The notes under the pieces: model-generated | The model's database searches: none | Told to the model about the DNA's origin: nothing | What the model saw: the letters and a program-made list of their open reading frames with translations, nothing else | IMG/VR virus record: IMGVR_UViG_3300010163_002887 | Length of the DNA stretch: 64,000 bases | Source of the DNA: a virus | Taxonomy: Duplodnaviria > Heunggongvirae > Uroviricota > Caudoviricetes | Strand: one strand, 5' to 3' | Position numbers and translations under genes: made by a program | Shown: piece by piece, positions 41,874 through 51,300 of the stretch | Numbering within the stretch: the stretch's first letter is position 1 | How the letters are laid out: the number at the start of each line of letters is the position of its first letter

Positions 41874-42401
41874 TCAAATTTCTCCTTCCTGACAATTGTA
41901 ATCAATGCAACCGCCGTCATCGTCGATGCGGGGTTTCCTCTCGTGAACCATCGCAAACCGGCACTCGCCGCCGTGATTGTAGCAGCAGTCGCAGGACTCA
42001 CACTCAAGGTCATATTTCACAATTGGATTGCATTGAAACTGATTCCTAATAACGATTTCAGGCGCTCTCACCTCTTTCTCTACCTCGAAATTCGGCCGAA
42101 TATCCAGATCTGAATAGGCGAAATTGTGGTCATCCCTATCAAAGAGATATGTCCGCACAGGTGCGTCGCCTTCTGTCGGCTGCTCGGTGGAAGAAACGGA
42201 GATCGGTAATAGGGCGTCTTTGGGCAGGAAATCCAGATCGATCGCCGGGTAGTTTGGATCAGCAAAAACATTTGCCTTGAGTACGCCAGATCTCGTCTCT
42301 TGACATAAGGAAACCTCACGCGCTATTCCTTTTGCTCCCAACATCTCTATGACTTTGCTCAGGGGGAACGTGCGATCCTTGATCTGCAAATAGCTTTCCA
42401 T
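41874..42401 (-). CDS. hypothetical protein with C-terminal Cys cluster (operon gene 2)
   Basis: 175 aa; CESCDCCYNHGGEC...C..C. Confidence 0.45.
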   Translation of the reverse strand: MESYLQIKDRTFPLSKVIEMLGAKGIAREVSLCQETRSGVLKANVFADPNYPAIDLDFLPKDALLPISVSSTEQPTEGDAPVRTYLFDRDDHNFAYSDLDIRPNFEVEKEVRAPEIVIRNQFQCNPIVKYDLECESCDCCYNHGGECRFAMVHERKPRIDDDGGCIDYNCQEGEI

Positions 42402-42458
42402 TTTATAATATCCTCCTTAAATTATCTTGAGCTTGTTACATTTATGTAGATTAGATTA

Positions 42459-42486
42459 TGCCTTTGCGGTTGCGCTACCGCGCAAA
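42459..42486. repeat. repeat copy: CCTTTGCGG plus hairpin TTGCGC-TACC-GCGCAA
   Basis: Reverse orientation of the CCGCAAAGGCA core with an adjacent hairpin. Confidence 0.5.
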
Positions 42487-42524
42487 AATGCTTTGTCGAA
42501 TCAAGCTCCCTCGGATCTCTCATT

Positions 42525-43124
42525 CTAAAGAGCACATTTTTCTCCGAGACAATTTGTTGCGCAGAATTTCATGTCTATGGGGTCGCCGGAGCAGGTATGA
42601 GAATTTTCAATCCACCCCATTGAAATTGCAAGCGCCTCCAACTTGTGGTAAAGCTCGAACAGTGTCCCATCGTTGACGATTAACTGATCGCAGGGATGGT
42701 TATCAAGCGCGACCTCGGACATATGTTTTTGCTGTTCCGCTGTCAACGGCGATTCGAAGTTCTTTCGAACAATCCGCAAATGCACACCCGGAATGGTCTC
42801 GACTTCGTTCGGGAAACGGCAGTCGGGAATCAGCACAAAATCCCAGGTGTTCGGAAAGAAGTTGAGAATTGTCTGAATGAAATTCACAAAATAGTTTTGA
42901 TCCATTTTGCGAATTGTTTCGGTTCCAACGGTTTGAAGCAGAGTCCTTCCCGCCTCATCCTTTTCTCCGTCCCAGGCGAAAAACTTCTGGCAGATATACT
43001 TCAGTACATCCCCATAATGAGTGATGAGAACCTTTTTCCCGCGCTTTGATAAAATTTCTTCCAAGTATTTAGCGCTGGTGTCCTTTCCGTGCTGGGCTTT
43101 CCCAGAAATTAAAACAACCTTCAT
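42525..43124 (-). CDS. deoxynucleoside monophosphate kinase-like P-loop kinase (phage type)
   Basis: MKVVLISGKAQHGKDTSA (P-loop at the N-terminus) and LIPDCRFPNE, resembling T4 gp1 IVPDTRQ; start at an internal ATG with RBS AAGGAGG. Confidence 0.55.
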   Translation of the reverse strand: MKVVLISGKAQHGKDTSAKYLEEILSKRGKKVLITHYGDVLKYICQKFFAWDGEKDEAGRTLLQTVGTETIRKMDQNYFVNFIQTILNFFPNTWDFVLIPDCRFPNEVETIPGVHLRIVRKNFESPLTAEQQKHMSEVALDNHPCDQLIVNDGTLFELYHKLEALAISMGWIENSHTCSGDPIDMKFCATNCLGEKCAL

Positions 43125-43334
43125 AAAAAACCTCCTTTTAAGATTTGGAGGATTATACGAAAAAACTCCTGACTTTATCAAATTTCCACTCCCTCCCGCC
43201 GCACTCCCCTTCCCCAACCCCCGCAAAGGCATATTCTCAACTGTCATCATTTGATATTATTTTTTATTTGGCATAGATTAAATTGAATTGGGGGTTTCCT
43301 CAATATCCTAAAATTTTGTAAGGAGGACTGCAAC

Positions 43335-45983
43335 ATGAAAAGAAATCTTAGAAAAACTATGTATCTTCTGCTTACTCTTGCCCTAATGCTCACCCTCGCA
43401 CTCCCCGCTTTTGCGGCATCTGGTCAGGTGAACATTACATTCGCCGATGGAACGAGCACCGTACTTGTCAACACATCCGATATTGTGCTGCATACAATTG
43501 GTGCGACAGACATTGACGAGGTAACAGTAAGCGATGGGACAATTGAAGATACATACAACAATTTCAGCAAAACCATCGATAAGACCCTGACAAACGGCAC
43601 TCGGTATCAAATTTACAAAAACACTGATAAAAACGGAGTGCGCACCATTCACTTCAAGTATCTCAATGCCCTGAATGACGAGATTAGTATCAATGTCACT
43701 TCAAAGGAAACCGAATACACCACACACACTGGCAGCGGTGCATATGGACAGAATAACAACAATGGCGGTACTGCTACCTGTGAGATTAAGACCGGCGAGA
43801 CCTCTGTAGCGGGTGGCAAAGCATACAGCGCAACCTTTACCCCTAAGAACGGTCAGGAGATCGTATACTTCAACATCCATGTGGACGCTGCGGATGGCAC
43901 TGGCCGACTGGTTGAGGCTAAACCTGATACTGTGTCGATTCTTGATCAAAAGCTGACCATTGCGGCTGAAAAGGATGGGGCGTTCACTGTTAGTACGGAC
44001 TCTGTGAATCGCAATCTTTTCGTCGTTGCTCTGACGAAGGATCAAACCCAGAAATTTGATCTAATTGTCAACACGGACGCGAATTGCACCTCGGATGTTA
44101 CCTCGAAGACACTTTCTTCGGGTTCTGCTTGTAACGTGACCTTTACTCCGAACAGTAACTACATGGTTACGGATCTGAAAATCACGGATGGAGATGCTAG
44201 CGCTGTTCTTTCAATGAACGAAGACTCCGTGAAGGTTAATGGTCATACCTATAAGAGCGTTCGTAAGCTGGATGGAAGCCTCACGTTGAAAGTTCCCAGC
44301 TTGAGTGCTAATGTCGTTATTACGGCCGATTCCTCTGATAACGTTCATTATGTTTCTGTCCAAACAGACAGCAATGTTTCCAGCAATAAGGAAGGCAATA
44401 ACTTCGTCTCCGATGGGGAGAGTTTTGAATTCTACTTTGATGCCAAGCGTGATACGCTGCTCCGTACTCTCACTATCAAGACCCAATCCCACCCCGCACG
44501 CACCTTCTATCTGGATGAAGACCGCATTTCAGATTGGAAGGGTGATTTCTACTATCACTGGGACGGAACCTACTATAATGATTATCTGTACGACAACATC
44601 CGCATCTATGATGTGAGTGACAACTACATTCGAATTGCTATTCTGAATGTGGATGAGAATATGACGTTCTCCATCAATGGTTACGATACTGAACATACGG
44701 TTTCTGTCAAAGGCGACAACGGGGTTGATTACAAGACGAGCCAGTACAAAGTTAATGATGGCGATGATCTGACCATCAGCTATACGCCAACCAAGGATAA
44801 GTACGAAGTGCGTTACCTGCACATCAATTATGGGGATGAATCCTATCGAATCAATGTCAGCAGAGACAACTATGTTCGTGTTGACGGCAACCGGTGGAAC
44901 GTTGATGTTGACAACAAGGGTGTTGTCACCCTCTCAATGATCGACATCCGCAAGGATGTTACTGTTCGTGCCGAAACCAACTACTCGGGGCGCAACGATT
45001 TCAGCATTACCAAGAATCAGGATAGCAACAGCATTATTACCTACACCGGTTCTGGTAGCTATGATGAAGACGATTCTGTTACTGTCCGTGTAGAGACGCG
45101 TGACAAGTATGTGCTCAAAGATGTTGCCTTCCGTGTTGGTTCTAAGACGGTGACTCTTAAACCCTTTGAGAGCGAATTGACGTTGGGCGGCAAAACTTAT
45201 TCGGTCAACTGGAAGAGCAATGCCGAGATGAGCATTTATTTCAGTGAGATGCCGGGTAACATGTATGTCACCAGTCGTTCTGTCAAGGGAACGGTTGAGG
45301 AAAACAAGAATCCTGTCAACACGAATCCCACCAACCCGGCAATCAGCGCGAATGGGTATCATAAAGCCTACATCCAGGGCATGGGCAACGGGGTATTCGC
45401 CCCCAACAACACCTTGACTCGTTCCCAGGCGATCACGATCCTCAACCGTGCAATCCTCCAGCAGCCGGACAGTGTGACCGCCGCCTATGCTGGGAGTGGG
45501 TATTTCATTGACGTGCCTGCCACGCATTGGGCGGCCGGAGCGATCAACTTCGCCCGTACCAATGGTTATCTGGATGTGCTGGGAGCAAACAATGTGTTCT
45601 ATCCTGATGCTCCGATCACACGCGCCGAGTATCTTGCGCTTCTGTGCAATTACAAGGGTGTAAACGTTAACGATACTGCGGAGAGTGCGAATTTCAATGA
45701 TGTCCCCTCCACGCACTGGGCTGTCAAGTACATCAACTACTGCGCTAAGCAGGGCTGGGTGCAGGGCTACAGTGATAACACGTTCGTTCCGGATGGGGCT
45801 GTTACTCGTGCTGAAATTGTCACGATGACAAACCACATCCTTGGCCGTCAGCCCACGACGATTAGCACGGCTCCCATCTTCTATGATGTTCCGATTACCT
45901 TCTGGGCTTATTCGGAAATCATGGAGGCCGCCGTGGATCATTATGCTACAGTCGGCACAGGATTTGAAACTTGGACAAACTAA
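43335..45983 (+). CDS. S-layer homology (SLH) domain cell-surface protein
   Basis: Signal peptide MKRNLRKTMYLLLTLALMLTLALPAFA. About 700 aa of Ig-like beta-rich repeats. Three C-terminal SLH repeats (FxDV..HWA...G......F.P....TR). Confidence 0.8.
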   Translation: MKRNLRKTMYLLLTLALMLTLALPAFAASGQVNITFADGTSTVLVNTSDIVLHTIGATDIDEVTVSDGTIEDTYNNFSKTIDKTLTNGTRYQIYKNTDKNGVRTIHFKYLNALNDEISINVTSKETEYTTHTGSGAYGQNNNNGGTATCEIKTGETSVAGGKAYSATFTPKNGQEIVYFNIHVDAADGTGRLVEAKPDTVSILDQKLTIAAEKDGAFTVSTDSVNRNLFVVALTKDQTQKFDLIVNTDANCTSDVTSKTLSSGSACNVTFTPNSNYMVTDLKITDGDASAVLSMNEDSVKVNGHTYKSVRKLDGSLTLKVPSLSANVVITADSSDNVHYVSVQTDSNVSSNKEGNNFVSDGESFEFYFDAKRDTLLRTLTIKTQSHPARTFYLDEDRISDWKGDFYYHWDGTYYNDYLYDNIRIYDVSDNYIRIAILNVDENMTFSINGYDTEHTVSVKGDNGVDYKTSQYKVNDGDDLTISYTPTKDKYEVRYLHINYGDESYRINVSRDNYVRVDGNRWNVDVDNKGVVTLSMIDIRKDVTVRAETNYSGRNDFSITKNQDSNSIITYTGSGSYDEDDSVTVRVETRDKYVLKDVAFRVGSKTVTLKPFESELTLGGKTYSVNWKSNAEMSIYFSEMPGNMYVTSRSVKGTVEENKNPVNTNPTNPAISANGYHKAYIQGMGNGVFAPNNTLTRSQAITILNRAILQQPDSVTAAYAGSGYFIDVPATHWAAGAINFARTNGYLDVLGANNVFYPDAPITRAEYLALLCNYKGVNVNDTAESANFNDVPSTHWAVKYINYCAKQGWVQGYSDNTFVPDGAVTRAEIVTMTNHILGRQPTTISTAPIFYDVPITFWAYSEIMEAAVDHYATVGTGFETWTN

Positions 45984-46035
45984 TTTCAGATAAAAACTGC
46001 GGGAATCTCGGAAGAGATTCCCGCTTTGGGCTTTA

Positions 46036-46314
46036 TTAGATTTTGTATTTGCAATCAATAAAATATCCATCAGATGTAATCCTGAATTCGTCGCAATCCC
46101 AGCTTGCACCACAGGCGCATCCAGCAATCGCAGTGTCCTCTGGGCCAATATTAGAAACTGTGTACGCTTTGGATAATTGACCAGATTTGTTTATCTTGTA
46201 GTCATGAGAATACTGAAACAGCCGGCTTACAACAATTTCACCTCCGCAGAGAGGACAGCTTACTCGACGGGTTTCATGTATCCTCATCGTCAGAGTCCTC
46301 CTTCCTGGATTCAT
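46036..46314 (-). CDS. small zinc-ribbon protein
   Basis: CPLCGGEIVV...CACGASWDC. Confidence 0.3.
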   Translation of the reverse strand: MNPGRRTLTMRIHETRRVSCPLCGGEIVVSRLFQYSHDYKINKSGQLSKAYTVSNIGPEDTAIAGCACGASWDCDEFRITSDGYFIDCKYKI

Positions 46315-46456
46315 ATAATCTTGTCACTTCAACTGAATACCAGAAGTTCTTCCCACAGTACTCACATTCTGTATAGCACATGAGGGAGGAAATATCATCT
46401 GGTTCGTGTGTGTATTGCTCGCTTCCACAATATGGGCATATCAATGTTTCTTCCAC
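46274..46456 (-). CDS. small zinc-ribbon protein
   Basis: CPYCGSEQ...CEYCGKNF; 60 aa. Confidence 0.35.
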   Translation of the reverse strand: MEETLICPYCGSEQYTHEPDDISSLMCYTECEYCGKNFWYSVEVTRLYESRKEDSDDEDT

Positions 46457-46470
46457 AAGATTACCTCCTT

Positions 46471-47000
46471 CTAATTAGATCTTGCACAAATAGTGTAGAT
46501 TTCAGCATCGAGAATTATTTCACCGCAATCCTCACATTCCAGGCTGACATTTTCGGGATCGTCCGGGTCGCCATACAGGGCCGCATAAACATGATGACCA
46601 GCATGAGCTTTCAGGGCGTCCCAAAGCAGCCGATTATAATCTTTTCTCGATTCTGTGGGATCAGACTCGGATTTATCGGGAATCCCCATTTCTGCGTTCC
46701 ACAGCGCCGTAGCCAATGCTTGGAGCATCTTATCAATGTCATCAGCATCCTGAACCAGCTCACGGATGGAAGGAACGCCAGAAACGCCCTCTCGCTTTGC
46801 TTGAATCCACATTTCTATGTGCTCTTCCTGATCGAAGCTGGCGGCGCAAGATTTGACATTTTCCACAAAATCATTGGTATCAACTGCAAAATTGAAATCC
46901 TCACCAGCAGGTGAAAATTTCCCAAGTTCTACAGTTCCATCCTCGTATTCATGTACGCTCCAACCAAGATTTTCGCACACTTCTTGGTACTTCTGAATCA
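46471..47000 (-). CDS. hypothetical acidic protein
   Basis: Start approximate, at the internal ATG (MIQKYQEV) behind RBS AATGGAGGG. C-terminal CEDCGE zinc knuckle. Confidence 0.4.
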
Positions 47001-47026
47001 TGTTTTCCCTCCATTTTATTTTCCAA

Positions 47027-47473
47027 TTATGATCTGTTATTACTTTTAGATTTTTTTTCAAGTAATAAGCGACTCAGTTTATGTGCTTTTTCGCCAATAT
47101 TGTCTGGATCGTCTCGTCCATTCTGCCATTCTTGAACAAACTGTTCTTTTTTATCTGAATCTGTAATGGCAGAGAGAGCGGCTTTGTATCGCCGTCTATC
47201 TTTAAAGTCTCCCAGTATGAAAGACTGCAAGGCATCAGCAACGGTTTTGTGTTTGACTTTTAGTCCCTCATCGCAGGTACGATTGAAATGATTTTTATAC
47301 CATTCATCAAGATAACCATCCTCGCAGAATGCAAATATGGGTACTTTTTCGCCGCCATCTTTTGGTGTCGCGCCATAAAATGTGTCGAGAAGCAAAACAA
47401 CAAGAGTCGCTGTCTCGAAGTCTTCGGCAATGAAGGTATATGGGTCACTTAGACCTATAAACTTGTATTCCAT
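47027..47473 (-). CDS. hypothetical protein, AT-rich member of a paralog pair (partner 50216..50647)
   Basis: MEYKFIGLSDPYTFIAEDFETA... is about 60 percent identical to the GC-rich copy. Confidence 0.45.
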   Translation of the reverse strand: MEYKFIGLSDPYTFIAEDFETATLVVLLLDTFYGATPKDGGEKVPIFAFCEDGYLDEWYKNHFNRTCDEGLKVKHKTVADALQSFILGDFKDRRRYKAALSAITDSDKKEQFVQEWQNGRDDPDNIGEKAHKLSRLLLEKKSKSNNRS

Positions 47474-47489
47474 GATAATCATTCTCCGT

Positions 47490-47711
47490 TTACATGTAGT
47501 ATTTAAGTGCAAACTCCCATGAATTTAATCGATTGTAATCATACGCCTCCTTCGATTCCCATTCCTCACATGTGCGAGTTTTTGCTTCTTCCGCACTAAA
47601 GATCTCGTTATAGTGAGGAGATTTGTCGTTACAGCAGCACTTTCGATTCGGAGACAATGGGGCCTCCATTTTGCACCAATAACACATTGTACAAGGTAAC
47701 ATATCGCACAT
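47490..47711 (-). CDS. small Cys-rich protein
   Basis: 73 aa; CTMCYWC...CCC. Confidence 0.3.
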   Translation of the reverse strand: MCDMLPCTMCYWCKMEAPLSPNRKCCCNDKSPHYNEIFSAEEAKTRTCEEWESKEAYDYNRLNSWEFALKYYM

Positions 47712-47776
47712 CTCCTTTTCATTATGTCAACTACCCACCCCCACTTGGGGGTAGGTTTCGACGATTTTGCAATGAA

Positions 47777-48184
47777 TTATGCGACCATTGGCAAAAGGGT
47801 TTTCACATCCTTCACATGTTCAATGTTCACCATATCGTAAAGTTTTCCCAATGCCGCTCGTTCAAATATCGCCTGATGCTCATCGACATATATGGCGTTT
47901 TCGGTCTCCTCCTCAATTACGGCAGCACACAGCCCCCATCCTGCTTCGTGAAGAGAGTCCGTAATGACTTCGATATCGGACATATATCGCTCCAAGCCGT
48001 CCGAAGTAAACCAGCAGCACACAGGATCACAGGTTATTGCCTCTATATAGGGATCTCTTAAGGATAAAAAATGAGTATCCATTAAATGCCATGCGTCGAA
48101 GCGAAGAGCATCATGCAATCCCTGAAAAAGCCCAACCCCCTGTTGCTCTCCATCATGCGTTAACTCAAAACGGTAGAGCCTCAT
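47777..48184 (-). CDS. hypothetical protein
   Basis: 135 aa. Confidence 0.4.
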   Translation of the reverse strand: MRLYRFELTHDGEQQGVGLFQGLHDALRFDAWHLMDTHFLSLRDPYIEAITCDPVCCWFTSDGLERYMSDIEVITDSLHEAGWGLCAAVIEEETENAIYVDEHQAIFERAALGKLYDMVNIEHVKDVKTLLPMVA

Positions 48185-48198
48185 TTAATTTTCCTCCT

Positions 48199-48546
48199 TT
48201 ATTTTTCCATTACATGAACAACATAAAGTTCGGAATTGACCTCAAACTCAATATCTCCAAGCTCATACTGACAATCAAGCGGGATGTCCGTACTGCCATC
48301 GGGACTCGTCCAGACAACATCGTCCCAATAGTTATTGCTTCCAGAACACAAATCAAAGTTGAGGGAACTTCCATCATCGAAAATAACTTCGTAAATTCCC
48401 TCAGCTCGTTTCATGCCCGCTTTCCGCTTGCCCAGTTCCTCGTCTGACAGATCTTCCAAGGATTCAATGGCAAGAAGTCGATTGACCCTATCAAATTCAC
48501 TTGCCGGAATAGAAACTGTTTGAATATGTTTACTCATATCAATCAC
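48199..48546 (-). CDS. hypothetical protein
   Basis: 115 aa. Confidence 0.4.
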   Translation of the reverse strand: MIDMSKHIQTVSIPASEFDRVNRLLAIESLEDLSDEELGKRKAGMKRAEGIYEVIFDDGSSLNFDLCSGSNNYWDDVVWTSPDGSTDIPLDCQYELGDIEFEVNSELYVVHVMEK

Positions 48547-48565
48547 CTCATAATGTTGTCCAGTT

Positions 48566-48775
48566 TTACTTGTTCTGACTTTCTTGGGATTCGCCTTCCG
48601 TAGTTTTGCTGCGCTTTGAATAATAGCGAATCAGTGCCTTCAGCCCCCCAGCGTCAATGTTGATAGGCTTAGAATCGCCATACCAGTGAGTCAGGTGCGC
48701 ACCGTAGTGCTCTTCTTCTTTACTGGTTTCGTGTTTCAGCATCTGCTTGAGTTGCGTTACTTTATATGCGTCCAT
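48566..48775 (-). CDS. small hypothetical protein
   Basis: 69 aa. Confidence 0.35.
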   Translation of the reverse strand: MDAYKVTQLKQMLKHETSKEEEHYGAHLTHWYGDSKPINIDAGGLKALIRYYSKRSKTTEGESQESQNK

Positions 48776-48785
48776 GTTTTCCCTC

Positions 48786-49013
48786 CTATTTCTCAGTGAT
48801 AAAGTCGGAGCCTAGACCGCTGTACCCACAGGTGGTACAATCCCAGATATCGTTGGAACCTGGGTAATGTGTGACCTCTACACAGGCATCCATAATCTTT
48901 GTAAGCGTGCCATTTTCGTTCATCTCCCAATCTTGGGTGACATGGGCAGTAGAGTTAAATCTTTTGCCACCGCACTTTGGGCACCGCAGAATCTCGTTTT
49001 CTTTCAATCTCAT
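48786..49013 (-). CDS. zinc-ribbon protein (paralog of 49170..49391)
   Basis: CPKCGGKRF...CTTCGYSG. Confidence 0.4.
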   Translation of the reverse strand: MRLKENEILRCPKCGGKRFNSTAHVTQDWEMNENGTLTKIMDACVEVTHYPGSNDIWDCTTCGYSGLGSDFITEK

Positions 49014-49169
49014 TTACTTGCCTCCTTAACGATATGCTTTTTGCAAATTAACCTTTTGTTTTAAGCTAACAGATAGTATGTTAAACAGAAACAAAATATC
49101 AGATTTTTAGAATTGCGCTGAAAAGCGGTGGAGAGAATTGCTCTCTCTACCGCTTTTTGCGCATAGCGT

Positions 49170-49391
49170 TCATTCCCAAATGAAATCACAGTTACGGCAG
49201 TGGAATATGTCGATATCTGGTCTATCAAGGGCATCCATGGTCCACTCTTCGGCTGTGTACTCCGATTTGTCATTTTCTGGGGTATAATCACCAGCCCCAG
49301 CACACCAGTCAGAATCAAGACGAAACTTGAAAATTTTTGTGCTGCCACATTTTGGGCAGACTGTTTTAATGCCTTTATTCAAAATAATCAC
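49170..49391 (-). CDS. zinc-ribbon protein
   Basis: CPKCGSTKIF...CRNCDFIWE. Confidence 0.4.
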   Translation of the reverse strand: MIILNKGIKTVCPKCGSTKIFKFRLDSDWCAGAGDYTPENDKSEYTAEEWTMDALDRPDIDIFHCRNCDFIWE

Positions 49392-49459
49392 CTCATAAAG
49401 TTATCCAGTTTTATGTCTTTAGACTTCCTTAGGATTCACCTTTTGAATTCGTTTCGGTT

Positions 49460-49963
49460 TCATGGCTCCTGCGCCTCCTCCTTTTCGGCGGGCTTAAAGA
49501 TAGGGATTGCTTCAAGCCCATTTTCAAGGATTATAACGCGGGTAAATGACTTGAACAGCCCATAAGAACACCAGTCGCACTTCCCGTCATTCTCAAGACG
49601 GTGTATGCAGAGCTGCGGGTGTGGGGAGATAGTTCCACACTTAGGGCAGGTAAATCCTTTCCAGCGCTTTCGGGTGTGTTCGTGGAACGCCTCGTAGGTG
49701 TCAAAAACGCCGACCAAATCTGTGCTATCAAGGTCGGGAAAATTGCCAGGTTGGTAGTAGTTCGGCCATGAGTACGTCCGATTTTTCTCCATGATTTCGA
49801 CAACTCTGTCCTCCGGCAGGCCCAGCTTTTGGGCGTATGATTTGACCATGCCCTCAAGCCACTCAAGCTCTTTGTCGAACCGATGGCCGCCATCTGGCTC
49901 CGGGGTATTCCATGCTTCGTCACTCCGAAACACCTCAAGCATTTCCTGTAGCTTTCCGCTCAT
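49460..49963 (-). CDS. hypothetical protein (in GC-rich insert)
   Basis: Start at MSGKLQEM within the conserved junction GGTGACGCAGGAATGAGCGGAA; has CPKCG...C..C; about 65 percent GC. Confidence 0.45.
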   Translation of the reverse strand: MSGKLQEMLEVFRSDEAWNTPEPDGGHRFDKELEWLEGMVKSYAQKLGLPEDRVVEIMEKNRTYSWPNYYQPGNFPDLDSTDLVGVFDTYEAFHEHTRKRWKGFTCPKCGTISPHPQLCIHRLENDGKCDWCSYGLFKSFTRVIILENGLEAIPIFKPAEKEEAQEP

Positions 49964-49970
49964 TCCTGCG

Positions 49971-50219
49971 TCACCCCTTCCTCTCTGTCGTGCTGCCGGG
50001 GTTGCAGGCGAGATGCGCCTCCCCGACCAGCTTGCAGAGGCAGTCCCGGCAGAGGCAAAACGAGAGGCCGGAGGAGCCGCTGCTGACATGAATCTCATAG
50101 AGAGTGTCTACCCTCTCCCCTACGCCTGTTTCTATAACCGTGTCGTAGTTCCGGGCGAGACAGGCGTTGCATGAGGCGATATGCTCGCTGACGGGTCTGA
50201 CGCGAATGCTTCCGCTCAT
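49971..50219 (-). CDS. small Cys-rich protein (in GC-rich insert)
   Basis: Start at MSGSIRVRP at the same 21-nt junction sequence; CNACLARN...CLCRDCLC. Confidence 0.4.
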   Translation of the reverse strand: MSGSIRVRPVSEHIASCNACLARNYDTVIETGVGERVDTLYEIHVSSGSSGLSFCLCRDCLCKLVGEAHLACNPGSTTERKG

Positions 50220-50647
50220 TCCTGCGTCACCTTCTTTCTCTTCAAGCGCTCCGCGAGCCTGTGGGCCTCGCCGCCGATGTTGTTCAAGCTGCTGCGCCCG
50301 CCCTGCCACTCGCTGATAAAGCGGGTCTTTTTCCCCGGGTCGTCGATGGCCGCCAGCGCCGCCTCGTAGCGTCGCCTGTCCTCGAAGCCTCCCAGCATGA
50401 AGGAGGACAGCGCGTCGGCCACGGCCTCGCGCTTCTCCTTGGCTCCATCGTCTGGGGAGCGTCCGAATTTCTCCTTGTACCACTCGACCGCTCCTCCGAA
50501 AATGAAGATAGGAACGTCCTCCCCGCCGTCTTTCGGTTTTGCGCCATAGGCAGCGCCAAGGCACAGGACGGTCAGTGCCGCCGTCTCAAAGTCCTCCGCG
50601 ATAAAGGTGTAGGGGTCACTGGGGTTGATAAACTCATATTCCATCAT
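50216..50647 (-). CDS. hypothetical protein, GC-rich member of the paralog pair
   Basis: MMEYEFINPSDPYTFIAEDFETA...; its stop overlaps the downstream start (ATGA); RBS AAGGAGGA. Confidence 0.45.
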   Translation of the reverse strand: MMEYEFINPSDPYTFIAEDFETAALTVLCLGAAYGAKPKDGGEDVPIFIFGGAVEWYKEKFGRSPDDGAKEKREAVADALSSFMLGGFEDRRRYEAALAAIDDPGKKTRFISEWQGGRSSLNNIGGEAHRLAERLKRKKVTQE

Positions 50648-50880
50648 GCGGGCTATCCTCCTTTTTTGACAACTCCCCACGGCTAAAGCCGGGGAATTAC
50701 ACCACGTTTGATTACTGTCCATAGTTTCCTTCTTAAAAACCATTGCCAATTAATTTTTTCGTGAACTATTTAATAGTACGGGAAACAGAATTTAATATCG
50801 ATTTTAGAGGCCCAAAAAACAGCGTGGGGAAAATAACTTTCACCACCGCTGTTGCTATTTGCTTTCAACAAGATTGTCCT

Positions 50881-51267
50881 TTAAGTTGTTATATTCTGTT
50901 CAACTTCGGTAAAACGCGGATCAAACGTTTTGTAGTCGGATGTGCTTCCGAAACTTACGGTGACACCCATCCTTGCCAGCTCCGATCGGACCTCCGCAAG
51001 TTCCTCCTCGTTCATTGCTCTTTCAATAAAAATTTCCAATGTCGAAAACGGTGTAGGGTAATAACCCGAGATGTGAACGCGAATTTTGCCGCCGATGAGA
51101 TCACGGGTAAAGTGAAGCCTGTTCGGGTGGTTGTTTGCCGCATGAACAGCATAGCGGAGAGGGTATTGGGCAATAATCGTGTTCCCGGTCATGGTGTTCC
51201 GCTGATAACCCAAATATCCAAGCCTTTGCAGATCCTCAACGGTATACTTCTTTGCGCTCTTTCTCAT
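50881..51267 (-). CDS. hypothetical protein
   Basis: 128 aa. Confidence 0.4.
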   Translation of the reverse strand: MRKSAKKYTVEDLQRLGYLGYQRNTMTGNTIIAQYPLRYAVHAANNHPNRLHFTRDLIGGKIRVHISGYYPTPFSTLEIFIERAMNEEELAEVRSELARMGVTVSFGSTSDYKTFDPRFTEVEQNITT

Positions 51268-51300
51268 AATCCGCTCCTTTCTCCCTGTACCGCCGTTAGG

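Noticed and set aside
44934-46148. 404-aa ORF antisense to the SLH-domain gene
   Set aside because: It lies entirely inside the well-supported plus-strand SLH gene on the opposite strand, has no RBS and is a composition artefact (its 3-prime end also overlaps small minus-strand genes).
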